Shown: positions 54,963-64,000 of the stretch, piece after piece
Layout: each line of letters begins with the position of its first letter
Numbering within the stretch: position 1 is the first letter of the stretch
Assembly: GCA_016872175.1 (NCBI GenBank)
Contig: VHBA01000001.1
Coordinates: forward strand, 2,757-66,756
Direction of reading: 5' to 3'
DNA: 64,000 nucleotides
Source: Sphingomonadales bacterium
Lineage (GTDB): Bacteria > Bacteroidota > Bacteroidia > NS11-12g > UBA955
Translations under genes and position numbers: made by a program
Notes under the pieces: generated by a model
Told to the model about the DNA's origin: nothing
What the model saw: the letters and a program-made list of their open reading frames with translations, nothing else
The model's database searches: none

Positions 54963-55940
54963 TTAAACCCACAATGTTTCCCCGATTTTTGGAAGTATCA
55001 GTTGTCCATTTATTTTTCCTTCAGCATGTGCCTCTGTAAGCAAACGCATGGGAAGGCCGGCCGGCTCGTCACTAAGGTCTAATGTGCCATGATGCATGGG
55101 AATGAAGTGCTTGGCACCTGAATCATGAAACGCCTGAACTGCTTGAGCCGGTGACATGTGAACAGGTTGCATGAACCATTCAGGTTGAAAAGCGCCAATG
55201 CCCATCATTGCATAATCCAGATTCGGAAAAAGTTCACTTAATTCTTTAAAATGGCTGCCATAGCCGCTGTCGCTGCCAAAATAAACAGAACGGGCGCCGG
55301 ATTCTATGACAAAAGCCCCCCACAAACGTTTGTTAGTATCTCTAAGCATGCGCCGAGCCCAATGTCTGGTGGGAAGGTAGGTTATTTTAATATTTTCAAA
55401 ACCATGAAACTGCTGATACCAGCCCATTTCCACCACATGATTATGACCCCATTTGCGGAGAAGTCGGCCCATATTGAGTCCGGTAATTAATGTGGCTCTG
55501 GGATTTAGGCGCATCAACCGTTTCAGCGATTTTTCATCGCAGTGATCGCGGTGGTCATGAGAAACAAGGATATAATCGATTTCACCAAAAGCATGGGGAG
55601 TGTATGGGGGTTTTACCCTATGCTTTAAAAATCGTGCGTTGAAAAGTACAGGGTCAATCAACATTGAAATCCCATTAAGCCGCATGAAGAACCAGGCATG
55701 TCCAAGCCAAACGATACAGTCGTCGTTTTTACGTCTAAAGAGGCTGTCAGCAAGACTCTCGGGCTTCCAAAGATCCAGTTTCTTTTCTTTTTTAAATGGG
55801 CGGGGGCCGGTTTGCCAACGCCACACATCTTTAAACTTTGGGATGTGGGGAAATTCATGGTTGCAAAACCGACCTTTTTTATCAAGTGGATTGCCATTCC
55901 ATCCGGGTTTGATGATGGGCAGGGAAGGGTTGTAAATCAT
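54963..55940 (-). CDS. MBL-fold metallo-hydrolase (NAPE-PLD-like / beta-lactamase superfamily)
   Basis: 325 aa with the metal-binding motif VSHDHRDHCD (HxHxDH) and further His/Asp ligands downstream. Confidence 0.6.
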   Translation of the reverse strand: MIYNPSLPIIKPGWNGNPLDKKGRFCNHEFPHIPKFKDVWRWQTGPRPFKKEKKLDLWKPESLADSLFRRKNDDCIVWLGHAWFFMRLNGISMLIDPVLFNARFLKHRVKPPYTPHAFGEIDYILVSHDHRDHCDEKSLKRLMRLNPRATLITGLNMGRLLRKWGHNHVVEMGWYQQFHGFENIKITYLPTRHWARRMLRDTNKRLWGAFVIESGARSVYFGSDSGYGSHFKELSELFPNLDYAMMGIGAFQPEWFMQPVHMSPAQAVQAFHDSGAKHFIPMHHGTLDLSDEPAGLPMRLLTEAHAEGKINGQLILPKIGETLWV

Positions 55941-55957
55941 AAATGCTTTAAGGCGGA

Positions 55958-55990
55958 TGTTCTACTTACAAAAAAGGCCGCCTATTGGGG
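55958..55990 (-). terminator. rho-independent terminator downstream of the H+-PPase gene
   Basis: AAAAAAGGCCGCCtattgGGCGGCCTTTC. The minus-strand reading gives a GC-rich 7-bp stem followed by TTTTTT. Confidence 0.65.
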
Positions 55991-56003
55991 CGGCCTTTCA
56001 ATA

Positions 56004-58382
56004 TTATTCTTGATCTTTACAGCAAGGCTCTTTCCCTTCTTTTCCAATATACTTGCCATTAGCATCGTACATCTTCATGCATTCTGTTTTTTCTTCGGCA
56101 GAACAACCCATGCTATCGCAATGCTTTGCACATTCGTCTTTGGTCATGGTTGCACATTTGCTCATATCGCATTTACCGGCAGCTGATTGATGATCTCCGC
56201 ACTGTTCGGTTTTGGCCTTGCAGCAGTCTTTATCCTTGCTACTGCCCAGAATGCCGTTACCACCAGCAATGTAAGGTGCAATAATCAGTGAAACGATTGA
56301 AGTTAATTTGATCAGGATATTCATGCTGGGACCGCTGGTATCCTTAAAAGGATCACCAACTGTATCTCCGGTAACAGATGCTTTATGGGGCTCAGATTTT
56401 TTGTAATAGGTTTCACCATCAATCTGTACGCCTTTTTCAAATGATTTTTTAGCATTGTCCCAAGCACCGCCTGCATTGTTCTGGAAAATCCCCATAAGAA
56501 CACCACTTACGGTAATACCTGCGAGCAATCCACCCAATACTTCGGGTCCAAAAAGGAAACCTACCAATACTGGTGACAGGAGAGCAATAGCACCCGGAGC
56601 AATCATCTGGCGAATGGAGGCTTTGGTGCTGATTTCAACACATTTCTCATATTCGGGTTCAGCTTTGTATTCCATAATTCCGGGAATTTCGCGGAACTGG
56701 CGGCGTACTTCTTTTACCATATCCATAGCTGCAGAACCTACCGCTGAAATAGCAAGGGCAGAGAATATGAAAGGTATCATGCCACCTACAAATAAGGCTG
56801 CCAATACAGGGGCTTTGTAAATATCTATGCCGGTTATGCCTGCAACACCTACAAAAGCTGCGAAAAGCGCCAGTGAGGTAAGTGCGGCTGAAGCAATGGC
56901 AAAGCCTTTGCCTGTGGCGGCGGTGGTGTTGCCTACGGCATCCAGAATATCGGTGCGTCCACGAACTTCTTCGGGCAAATCGCTCATTTCGGCTATACCA
57001 CCTGCATTGTCTGCAATGGGACCGAAAGCGTCAATGGCAAGCTGCATGGCAGTTGTGGCCATCATACCTGCAGCAGCTATTGCAACACCGTAAAGACCGG
57101 CAAACATATACGAAAGGAAAATACCCGCAGCCAGGGTGATGATAGGAATAACTGTTGATTCCATACCTACAGACAAACCGCCAATGATGTTGGTGGCATG
57201 GCCTGTACCGGATTTTTCTACTATAGACAGAACGGGTTTTTTACCCATGGCAGTGTAGTATTCTGTAATCCAGCTCATGATAGCGCCTACAACCAAACCA
57301 GTTATAATGGCACAGAATACACTCATGGAAGTAAACTCAACTCCACGTAGTTCGAGCTTCTCAGGAAGCAGCATCGTAACGGCGAAATAAGAAGCAATGG
57401 CGGTGAGGATAATGGAGGACCAGTTGCCCAGGTTCAGCGCCTGCTGCACATTGCCATTATCATCCTTAATTCTAACAAAGAAAGTTCCAATGATTGAGAA
57501 TATTAGACCCATACCTGCAATCACCATAGGCAGAAGGATAGGAGACATGCCTCCGTAGTTGTCTGTTACAGAAATTTCCTGTCCAAGTACCATGGTAGCC
57601 AGAATAGTAGCTACATAAGAACCAAATAAATCAGCGCCCATACCGGCAACATCACCCACGTTATCGCCTACATTATCGGCGATGGTTGCAGGGTTGCGGG
57701 GATCATCTTCAGGAATGCCGGCCTCTACTTTACCAACAAGATCGGCACCAACATCAGCAGCTTTGGTATAAATACCTCCACCCACACGGGCAAACAAAGC
57801 AATAGATTCAGCTCCTAGCGAGAAACCTGTTAATACTTCAATAACAGTTTTCATTTTGTCTCCGGTGATGGCTTCACCGCTACCGGCATAAAACATGTTA
57901 TAGAATACAACGAATAACCCACCCAGACCTATTACGGCAAGGCCAGCAACCCCAAGCCCCATAACAGTACCACCGCTAAAAGATACATTCAAGGCTTTTG
58001 ACAAACTAGTGCGTGCGGCTTGTGTGGTTCTCACATTGGCTTTGGTGGCGATGTTCATGCCAAAATATCCGGCAAGAGCCGATAGGAATGCGCCAATAAA
58101 GAATGCCACCGCAATAATCCAGTGAGAATGGATTTTAATACCATTTACTTCTTTTATGGTTCCACTGTATGCCAGCAAGGCAGCAGCGATTACCGCAAAA
58201 TAGCTAAGGACTTTCCATTCGGCACGCAGAAAAGCCATGGCACCGCGGGCAATTTTCCCGGCCAGGTTTTGCATTTTTTCATCTCCGGCATCTTGTTTGG
58301 ATACCCAGGCGCTTTTAACCGCCATTACAATCAGACCTACCAAACCAAGGGCAGGAATCAGATACAATATTGAAGTATTCAT
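56004..58382 (-). CDS. hppA: membrane-bound H+-translocating pyrophosphatase (V-PPase / HppA) with an ~85-aa Cys-rich C-terminal extension
   Basis: 792 aa with about 16 TM helices. V-PPase core blocks are [40 protein letters not shown] and [22 protein letters not shown]. The canonical end (…IAPYIAG) is followed by a tail holding 11 Cys, 2 His and 5 Met ([74 protein letters not shown]). Confidence 0.85.
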   Translation of the reverse strand: MNTSILYLIPALGLVGLIVMAVKSAWVSKQDAGDEKMQNLAGKIARGAMAFLRAEWKVLSYFAVIAAALLAYSGTIKEVNGIKIHSHWIIAVAFFIGAFLSALAGYFGMNIATKANVRTTQAARTSLSKALNVSFSGGTVMGLGVAGLAVIGLGGLFVVFYNMFYAGSGEAITGDKMKTVIEVLTGFSLGAESIALFARVGGGIYTKAADVGADLVGKVEAGIPEDDPRNPATIADNVGDNVGDVAGMGADLFGSYVATILATMVLGQEISVTDNYGGMSPILLPMVIAGMGLIFSIIGTFFVRIKDDNGNVQQALNLGNWSSIILTAIASYFAVTMLLPEKLELRGVEFTSMSVFCAIITGLVVGAIMSWITEYYTAMGKKPVLSIVEKSGTGHATNIIGGLSVGMESTVIPIITLAAGIFLSYMFAGLYGVAIAAAGMMATTAMQLAIDAFGPIADNAGGIAEMSDLPEEVRGRTDILDAVGNTTAATGKGFAIASAALTSLALFAAFVGVAGITGIDIYKAPVLAALFVGGMIPFIFSALAISAVGSAAMDMVKEVRRQFREIPGIMEYKAEPEYEKCVEISTKASIRQMIAPGAIALLSPVLVGFLFGPEVLGGLLAGITVSGVLMGIFQNNAGGAWDNAKKSFEKGVQIDGETYYKKSEPHKASVTGDTVGDPFKDTSGPSMNILIKLTSIVSLIIAPYIAGGNGILGSSKDKDCCKAKTEQCGDHQSAAGKCDMSKCATMTKDECAKHCDSMGCSAEEKTECMKMYDANGKYIGKEGKEPCCKDQE

Positions 58383-58492
58383 ATTGAGTTGCTTGAAAAT
58401 TGGGGTGCGAAATTACGTTTTTTATCCGAATAGAGCGTAATTCTGCACAATAATTAAGCGCTTAGCTGTGTTTTCACACTAATTTTGCTGCC

Positions 58493-59257
58493 GTGGGAAT
58501 TATTATCAAAACCCCTGAACATATAGAAGGAATCCGAAAGAGCAGCAGGCTCGCGGCTGAAACACTTAAATATTTGGAATCCCTCATACAGCCAGGCATA
58601 ACCACACTAGCTTTGAATGATTTGGCTGAAAAGTTTATGCGTGAACATGGTGCAATCCCTGCAACCAAAGGATATAAAGGATATCAGTATGCCTCATGCA
58701 TTTCACCCAACGATGTTGTCTGTCATGGAGTCCCAAATTCCTACGAATTGAAATGGGGAGATATAGTAAATGTTGATGTTACTACCATACTTGATGGATA
58801 TTTTGGTGATACCTGCAGAATGTATGTGGTGGGTGAAGCCTCTGAGTACGCCCAAAAATTAATGACGGTTACACGCGAATGTCTCAGAAAAGGTCTGGAA
58901 CAGTGTTTTCCGGGAAACCACCTAAATAATATTGGATACCACATTGCAGAACATGCCCACAAACACGGGTATTCTGTGGTTTATGAATTTTGCGGTCATG
59001 GCGTAGGAATAAAATTTCATGAAGACCCCGAAGTGTCCCATATTGCTGAGAAAAACACAGGCCCCATTCTAAAGCCGGGCATGGTTTTTACCATTGAGCC
59101 CATGATCAATGCAGGAAAAGCCCGCTGTAAAGTGGATAGAAAAGACGGCTGGACAGCCAGAACCATAGATGGTAAGCTCAGCGCGCAATATGAACATACA
59201 GTGCTGATAACGGAAACCGGGTTCGAGGCTTTAACCGATGTATACGGAGATTTTTAA
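58493..59257 (+). CDS. map: type I methionine aminopeptidase
   Basis: 254 aa with pita-bread-fold metal ligands in canonical blocks (…VCHGVPN…, …DIVNVDVT…, …EFCGHGVG…, …FTIEPMIN…, …QYEHTVLIT…). Confidence 0.85.
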   Translation: MGIIIKTPEHIEGIRKSSRLAAETLKYLESLIQPGITTLALNDLAEKFMREHGAIPATKGYKGYQYASCISPNDVVCHGVPNSYELKWGDIVNVDVTTILDGYFGDTCRMYVVGEASEYAQKLMTVTRECLRKGLEQCFPGNHLNNIGYHIAEHAHKHGYSVVYEFCGHGVGIKFHEDPEVSHIAEKNTGPILKPGMVFTIEPMINAGKARCKVDRKDGWTARTIDGKLSAQYEHTVLITETGFEALTDVYGDF

Positions 59258-59259
59258 CC

Positions 59260-60108
59260 ATGAATCTGCACGTAATTCACTCGGGTAATTTTAAACTGGA
59301 TGGCGGTGCCATGTTTGGGGTTATTCCCAAGGTGATTTGGAATTCACTTAATCCTGCGGATGAGAAAAATCTTTGCAATTGGGCAATGCGTTGTTTGCTG
59401 GTGGAAGATGGAGATAGAAGAATATTAATTGACACAGGAATAGGGGCCAAGCAGAGTGAAAAATTCTTCGGATATTATTACCTTAATGGCAATTTTTCAA
59501 TAGCTTCATCGTTGAAAAACGTTGGTTTTTTGCATACAGATATCACCGATGTTTTGCTAACTCATTTGCACTTTGACCATGTTGGTGGCGCTGTTTCTAT
59601 GAAAGCGGATGGAACTTTAATTCCTGCCTTCCCAAATGCAAAATACCATGTTACAGAAACACAATGGAAACATGCACTGAGTCCCAATGCCAGAGAGAAA
59701 GCATCTTTTTTACAGGAGAATTTCTTACCCTTGCAGGAAGCCGGTGTGTTGAATTTCGTTAATCACGGAGATCAACTAACTTCTAATTTTCACATTCGCA
59801 GTGTGAACGGGCATACTATGGGTATGATAACCCCAGAAATTTCATACAACGGAAAAAAGATTATTTACTGCGCCGATTTGATTCCATCTTCGGCTCACGT
59901 ACCAGTGCATTATACCATGGGATATGATATTGAACCCCTGGTGGTGATGCAGGAAAAAAAGAAGTTATATGAAGACATGGACTCAGCAAACACGCTATAC
60001 TTCTTTGAGCATGATTTGGAAACGGAATGTGCTAGGCTGGAACAAAATGAACGTGGTCAAATGGTGGTGGCCGAAAGAGGTAATCTATCAGATTTGCTTG
60101 CCCGATAG
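59260..60108 (+). CDS. MBL-fold metallo-hydrolase
   Basis: 282 aa with the HxHxDH motif (LTHLHFDHVGG) and further His ligands. Starts 3 nt after the map stop. Confidence 0.55.
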   Translation: MNLHVIHSGNFKLDGGAMFGVIPKVIWNSLNPADEKNLCNWAMRCLLVEDGDRRILIDTGIGAKQSEKFFGYYYLNGNFSIASSLKNVGFLHTDITDVLLTHLHFDHVGGAVSMKADGTLIPAFPNAKYHVTETQWKHALSPNAREKASFLQENFLPLQEAGVLNFVNHGDQLTSNFHIRSVNGHTMGMITPEISYNGKKIIYCADLIPSSAHVPVHYTMGYDIEPLVVMQEKKKLYEDMDSANTLYFFEHDLETECARLEQNERGQMVVAERGNLSDLLAR

Positions 60109-60112
60109 CAGA

Positions 60113-62830
60113 TTATTCTTCTTCCGCTTCATTTCCTCCCAAATCCAGCTCTTCTCCGGTGATATCCAGGTAAATACTTTGTATTGCTGAAACACCATCC
60201 TGCTGCTCTTTTGGATTGTTTGAGCCTACTTTGGAGGCATTGTAATACAAACGTGCGTTAATGTCGTCTTTTAAAGCCTGGTAAATATTAACACCAATCT
60301 CATAATATTTGGGATTTTGGGCCTCCAGTGAAATGGTTTTTCTAAGGCTTTCTTCAGCAGCTTTATATTCCCGCTTGTTAAACTCCATCTGAGCCTTAAT
60401 CCACCAACCGTCAGGGTCTGCAGGCCGTGTTTTGGTATAGCGATCCATGGTTTTAACTGCCATATCCCATTGTCCTTTTCCTGCATAGAATGAATTTAAA
60501 CTAAGCAGCGCTCTATTAGATTCCGGATAAATAGCAAGTGACTTTTCAGCTGCCCAGATAGCTGAATCCAGGTTACCCAGATTAGCATAGGTATTGGCCA
60601 AATAAAAATAAACTTCTGAACTTTTTCCGTCAATCGATAGATAAGACCTGAATTTATTAAGTGCTATGGAAAAATTTTTAGATTTTTCCATAGCATTGAA
60701 TCCTACTACATCATCAAATGAAGGTCTTTTTATAACCCAACCCATAGGCCTGCCATCTACCAAGGGCGTATAAATTGTGCCTACTGGAGGATAGGCGCCA
60801 TTGGTTAACCTTGATTTATCTGTAAAGCCATTGTAAAAAATAGCATAATCCCAGTTAGCGCTACTTCGCTCATCAGCTCTCGTAAAGCCTACATGTACGT
60901 TTTTATCGTTTCTGCAGTAATACTTTACATGGTTCATACCATAAGTAAGTACTGTATATTTTTTATTGGGGTTTTTACGAGCCACATTCTCTAAAAACCA
61001 TTCGGTGCTTTGTCTTAGTGAGGCCAGGTAATAATCCATTTCGAATTCGCCATATGCACCTTTGGTACCGCCTATCAGTTCATTGAAATAAATGTATTGC
61101 AGTGGATGATTTTTAAATGTGTGAATGGCAGGAGGGATGCTACCCGCTATTACCAGTCCGGGCAGCAGCCATTTTATCAAACCTATACGGGTAAACATTT
61201 TTTCCAGCATGGAAAAACCTGCTGTAGCGGACACAACAATACAAGGCACAACAAACATTATTTGCCTCATGCCGCCATAAACGTTGGATTTTTGATACCA
61301 GATATAAAAAATAGGGAAAGCTGCTGCAAAAAACACAATCATTAAGGCATGGCTATAGTTTTTACGGTTAAAAAGCCCCAACATGAAATATAGTAGCAAT
61401 CCAAGCAGTGAAATTACTGGTGTGGTAATCAGCAGGTATTTTGTGAGATAGTATGGCGGTAACATGCCGCTGTCTGTCAGTTTGCCTTCAAAAAGCTGTC
61501 TCAAGGTGACAGGGAATTTTGTGAAAGCGTCTAGTGCCTTCAGGGGATTGGTAAATGGATCATCGAGGCCGTATGGCCAAACGATTATGCCTAAAATAAA
61601 GGAGAACAGTGCAATCAATAAAAATGAAAGCATATAAGGAAGTATACCTTTCCAGCGTAATTTTAAAAAGTTTGAAAGTCCTACGTTTTCAATGTACCTG
61701 AGGCCTGCAAAAAGCGCTATGGTAGGGATTAAAACAAATCCACCAATACGGATACTAATGGCCAGACCGGTGCCTAAAATTATACCAACTGCTTGACCGA
61801 TGCGCCCACCGTTTTTACCGTAATAAAGCAATGCATAATACAATCCGATAATGTATCCGGCGGCAAATGGTATGTCCTTGGGATTATTCAGTGAATCGCC
61901 AAGCAATCTGGGTGTGAAAAACAGCAAAACCATACCGATGCAGGCCCACACCCAGCTTCTTGTTAGGTATCGAACCATAAGAGCACCAAATATGATGCAT
62001 AGAAAGCCCATTACAGCGTTCCAAAAATGCCTTAGTTGGAAAATCTCGTTTGTGCCGGTAATTCTTACCAGCATGGCAGTGAAGGTATCGAAGCTACTGC
62101 CGTAATTTTCCATGTGAAGGTCGCTTTTGTCAAAAAGAGCGGCATCTTTGTTTTCTGTGAAATAGGGAATTATAGCAGTATCGGCCCAGTTGTATTGAAT
62201 AAATTCATCACCACTTATGCCAGCGTCTTTACTTAGGGATGTTATAGTAATCAATACCAGCAGCGATAGGGCTGTGAAAATATGTCTAGCCGGATTGTTT
62301 TTAAAGTTAAGTGGGTTTATGTATTGAAGAGCGGCCTTCAGGCGCATTTTCCAACCAATAGTTTTTTCCGATTTGTCAGAAGCTGCACCATCAATAAAAT
62401 TCCAGTCCCGCGCTTCTTTGCGCAGTGCAAACAGAAATCCGTATTTATTGTTTATATCAACTCCTGAATTGCATAAGGCTTGCAATGTAGCCCTATTCAC
62501 ACAAAGAAATGGTGTTTGCAGTTCTTGTTCGCGAATGCCGGTGGTCCATGAAGTTAGATTGTTTTTAATTTTTGAAGGAACTGATATAAAAACTTCACAA
62601 TCAGACTTCGATTCGTTTATGGTTTTGGCAAAATCACTGATACCGGGAGTGTCTGATGGAATAAACGATAGGATAACATTTTCTTTATCGGTATTTTCCG
62701 ATAAAAAATTTTTAAATCTTTCAGAAAGAGAGGCGGACTGATTTTCAGTAGCATGCTTTCCGTAAAATGCAATAACAGGAAAGGAGTTCTGAGAGATATG
62801 GGTTGCCGGATTTTGAACTTTTTTATTCAT
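60113..62830 (-). CDS. three-part protein: N-terminal soluble domain of unknown function, GT-C glycosyltransferase domain (family 39 / PMT-ArnT-like), and C-terminal TPR repeats
   Basis: 905 aa. Residues ~1-185 are a soluble region with no recognisable motif. Residues ~190-640 hold 11-13 TM helices with an Asp-Glu in the first extracytoplasmic loop (…ISGDEFIQY…), the GT-C catalytic hallmark. Residues ~700-905 contain several 34-aa TPR-like repeats (YLANTYANLGNLDSAIWAAEKSLAIYPES…, …AVKTMDRYTKTRPADPDGWWIKAQMEF…). Confidence 0.55.
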   Translation of the reverse strand: MNKKVQNPATHISQNSFPVIAFYGKHATENQSASLSERFKNFLSENTDKENVILSFIPSDTPGISDFAKTINESKSDCEVFISVPSKIKNNLTSWTTGIREQELQTPFLCVNRATLQALCNSGVDINNKYGFLFALRKEARDWNFIDGAASDKSEKTIGWKMRLKAALQYINPLNFKNNPARHIFTALSLLVLITITSLSKDAGISGDEFIQYNWADTAIIPYFTENKDAALFDKSDLHMENYGSSFDTFTAMLVRITGTNEIFQLRHFWNAVMGFLCIIFGALMVRYLTRSWVWACIGMVLLFFTPRLLGDSLNNPKDIPFAAGYIIGLYYALLYYGKNGGRIGQAVGIILGTGLAISIRIGGFVLIPTIALFAGLRYIENVGLSNFLKLRWKGILPYMLSFLLIALFSFILGIIVWPYGLDDPFTNPLKALDAFTKFPVTLRQLFEGKLTDSGMLPPYYLTKYLLITTPVISLLGLLLYFMLGLFNRKNYSHALMIVFFAAAFPIFYIWYQKSNVYGGMRQIMFVVPCIVVSATAGFSMLEKMFTRIGLIKWLLPGLVIAGSIPPAIHTFKNHPLQYIYFNELIGGTKGAYGEFEMDYYLASLRQSTEWFLENVARKNPNKKYTVLTYGMNHVKYYCRNDKNVHVGFTRADERSSANWDYAIFYNGFTDKSRLTNGAYPPVGTIYTPLVDGRPMGWVIKRPSFDDVVGFNAMEKSKNFSIALNKFRSYLSIDGKSSEVYFYLANTYANLGNLDSAIWAAEKSLAIYPESNRALLSLNSFYAGKGQWDMAVKTMDRYTKTRPADPDGWWIKAQMEFNKREYKAAEESLRKTISLEAQNPKYYEIGVNIYQALKDDINARLYYNASKVGSNNPKEQQDGVSAIQSIYLDITGEELDLGGNEAEEE

Positions 62831-62888
62831 GCGTGGTAGGCAAAAATAACAAATCCCATGCTGCTTTGACAGACAATGGGCTTAAAAT

Positions 62889-63626
62889 TCAAATTTTATA
62901 AAACCTTTTTATTTTTAGCAGTTCCAAAGGAACTTTGATAAAATCCATGATTTTGAGTTTAGAGCCGCCAATTTCATTCCATATTAGCAGAGGTATCTCC
63001 AAAGCAATTTCGTAGGTTTTATCTTTACCATACTTTTTAATCAACCTTGCTAAAATCTCAACATCAAAAAACCATTTTGATAAGAAGGGCCTATCCAGCA
63101 ATGTGTTAATTTCTTCACTGGCTATTAGTTTTGCTCCGCATTGTGTGTCATAGACCCGCAAACCCAAAATGTAGCTGGTGAGTGTAGAAAATATGCGGCC
63201 AAGGTAGTGTCTTTTCATTTTTCTGCGGATTTGGCTGCCAAGCCGTGAAATTCTGCTGCCCATAACAAGGGTATGGGTTAATTGCCCGCCCGAAAAGGAG
63301 ATAAAATGGTCTATTTCTTCAAGGGGTGTTGAAAAATCAGCATCCCAATAGCCAATGTAATCGAATTTGCCGGTTTGATGGGCCGTAAGCATTCCTTGCC
63401 TGACTGCCTCCGCTTTTCCTGAGTTTTTTGTCAGATTAACACATTGAAATTGAGAGGAGAATTCTTCGTGTAGGTTTTGAAGTATCGACAATGTTGCATC
63501 CCTACTGCCATCATTTACCCCAAAAAAGGAAATATCAGGATGCGCGTGCATGAAAGCCCTTAAGGCTTGTATTTTAAGCCTTCTCTCTTCATTGTAGCAT
63601 GGAATTATTATGCAGATTTTTTGCAA
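62889..63626 (-). CDS. GT2-family polyprenyl-phosphate glycosyltransferase (DPM1 / GtrB-like)
   Basis: 245 aa with the IIIPCYNEERRL, VNDGSRD, DADFS and YDTQCGAKL blocks typical of dolichyl/undecaprenyl-phosphate sugar synthases. Confidence 0.7.
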   Translation of the reverse strand: MQKICIIIPCYNEERRLKIQALRAFMHAHPDISFFGVNDGSRDATLSILQNLHEEFSSQFQCVNLTKNSGKAEAVRQGMLTAHQTGKFDYIGYWDADFSTPLEEIDHFISFSGGQLTHTLVMGSRISRLGSQIRRKMKRHYLGRIFSTLTSYILGLRVYDTQCGAKLIASEEINTLLDRPFLSKWFFDVEILARLIKKYGKDKTYEIALEIPLLIWNEIGGSKLKIMDFIKVPLELLKIKRFYKI

Positions 63627-64000
63627 AGTATATAATTGCTTAGTCCGGGAAGTTTAATTCCAATTAGTCTGAAAAACTGTCCTGTATAAAAATCAATGAT
63701 TAGCGAACCCCTTATTAAGCCGGTAATCAACGCTCCACCTTTCCAGTCAACAACTCCTGTGGCATCCTTCTTTCTCCCGATGGTTTTTTCCATGCACCAA
63801 ACCAAAATTCTGGCCAGGTATAATGACAAGAAGAAATACCCGATTTTCTGTTTGATAAATCCGGCTTTTTCTAAATTTCCTTTGAGCAGAGCATTGTTGT
63901 ACCTGCGGTAATGATAAAGAAAAACATCGTGGGCACTAAACAACCACTCAAAGGCAGGCACGGTTATTACAAACTGGGTTTCATCTCCTACGCAGGCGAA
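63608..64000 (-). CDS. 5'-partial gene (continues beyond the right edge): methyltransferase-like C-terminal region plus a hydrophobic tail
   Basis: The frame stays open to position 64000, so the track's Met at 63961 is internal. The visible part (…FACVGDETQFVITVPAFEWLFSAHDVFLYHYRRYNNALLKGNLEKAGFI…) resembles the distal end of a class-I SAM-methyltransferase fold, followed by a hydrophobic segment. Overlaps the GT2 gene start by 19 nt. Confidence 0.3.
   Translation of the reverse strand, partial: FACVGDETQFVITVPAFEWLFSAHDVFLYHYRRYNNALLKGNLEKAGFIKQKIGYFFLSLYLARILVWCMEKTIGRKKDATGVVDWKGGALITGLIRGSLIIDFYTGQFFRLIGIKLPGLSNYILCKKSA

Noticed and set aside
54963-60108. Two MBL-fold hydrolase genes flanking the hppA-map region as a possible functional pair
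   Set aside because: They are on opposite strands, share only the generic HxHxDH motif, and each abuts an unrelated housekeeping gene. No basis to link them.
1-64000. Search for CRISPR arrays, tandem or dispersed repeats, transposases, integrases, phage genes and toxin-antitoxin pairs
   Set aside because: No short direct-repeat/spacer periodicity in any intergenic region. No ORF with DDE, tyrosine-recombinase or serine-recombinase motifs. tRNA-Gly has no flanking direct repeat of its 3' end. The only repeated non-coding string is the 14-nt promoter core. The window looks like core chromosome rather than an accessory island.

Overview
This 64-kb window reads as ordinary core chromosome of a Bacteroidota-type organism. 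Evidence for that lineage: a TAnnTTTG promoter motif ahead of two ribosomal-protein operons, type IX secretion / gliding genes, bshC, DUF4295 after rpmG, and ExbB-ExbD-ExbD-TonB. Gene density is high, and neighbouring genes frequently overlap by 4 nt.

Housekeeping genes present:
- gatB, folC, fmt, mutS, miaA, map, ftsY, rimO, bshC
- rplU-rpmA and rpmB-rpmG-DUF4295
- a K+-independent-type H+-pyrophosphatase
- tRNA-Gly(GCC) and RNase P RNA (rnpB)

Envelope and transport genes present:
- a T9SS module: gldJ-like, porP/sprF-like, porU, porV, and two T9SS cargo genes
- three tandem POT peptide transporters
- exbB-exbD-exbD-tonB and a TonB-dependent receptor
- an OmpA/TSP3 protein, an O-antigen-ligase-like protein and a LysM protein

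I found no CRISPR array, transposase, integrase, phage gene or toxin-antitoxin pair, so nothing marks a mobile or defence island.

Five places depart most from textbook arrangements.
- A Dlt-like aminoacyl-carrier operon at the left edge: adenylating enzyme, GNAT, carrier protein and two SGNH/DltD-like proteins, translationally coupled to gatB.
- An ECF sigma operon with a Cys-less ZAS-like anti-sigma, a lipoprotein and a 2OG-Fe(II) oxygenase.
- An H+-PPase carrying an 85-aa tail with 11 cysteines.
- A right-edge glycosylation module (methyltransferase-like, GT2 polyprenyl-phosphate glycosyltransferase, GT-C/PMT-like enzyme fused to TPR repeats) that resembles a TMTC-type protein O-glycosyltransferase system.
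- An orphan YejF-like twin-NBD ABC ATPase next to an atypical LuxR-HTH protein.

I also hand-called several small or partial genes missing from the ORF track (DUF2256, DUF4295, a 3'-partial SGNH gene, a 5'-partial methyltransferase-like gene) and an orphan T9SS C-terminal-domain fragment.

Product names rest on motifs I could read in the translations. No database search was possible, so they are family-level calls, and hand-derived coordinates may be off by a few nt.
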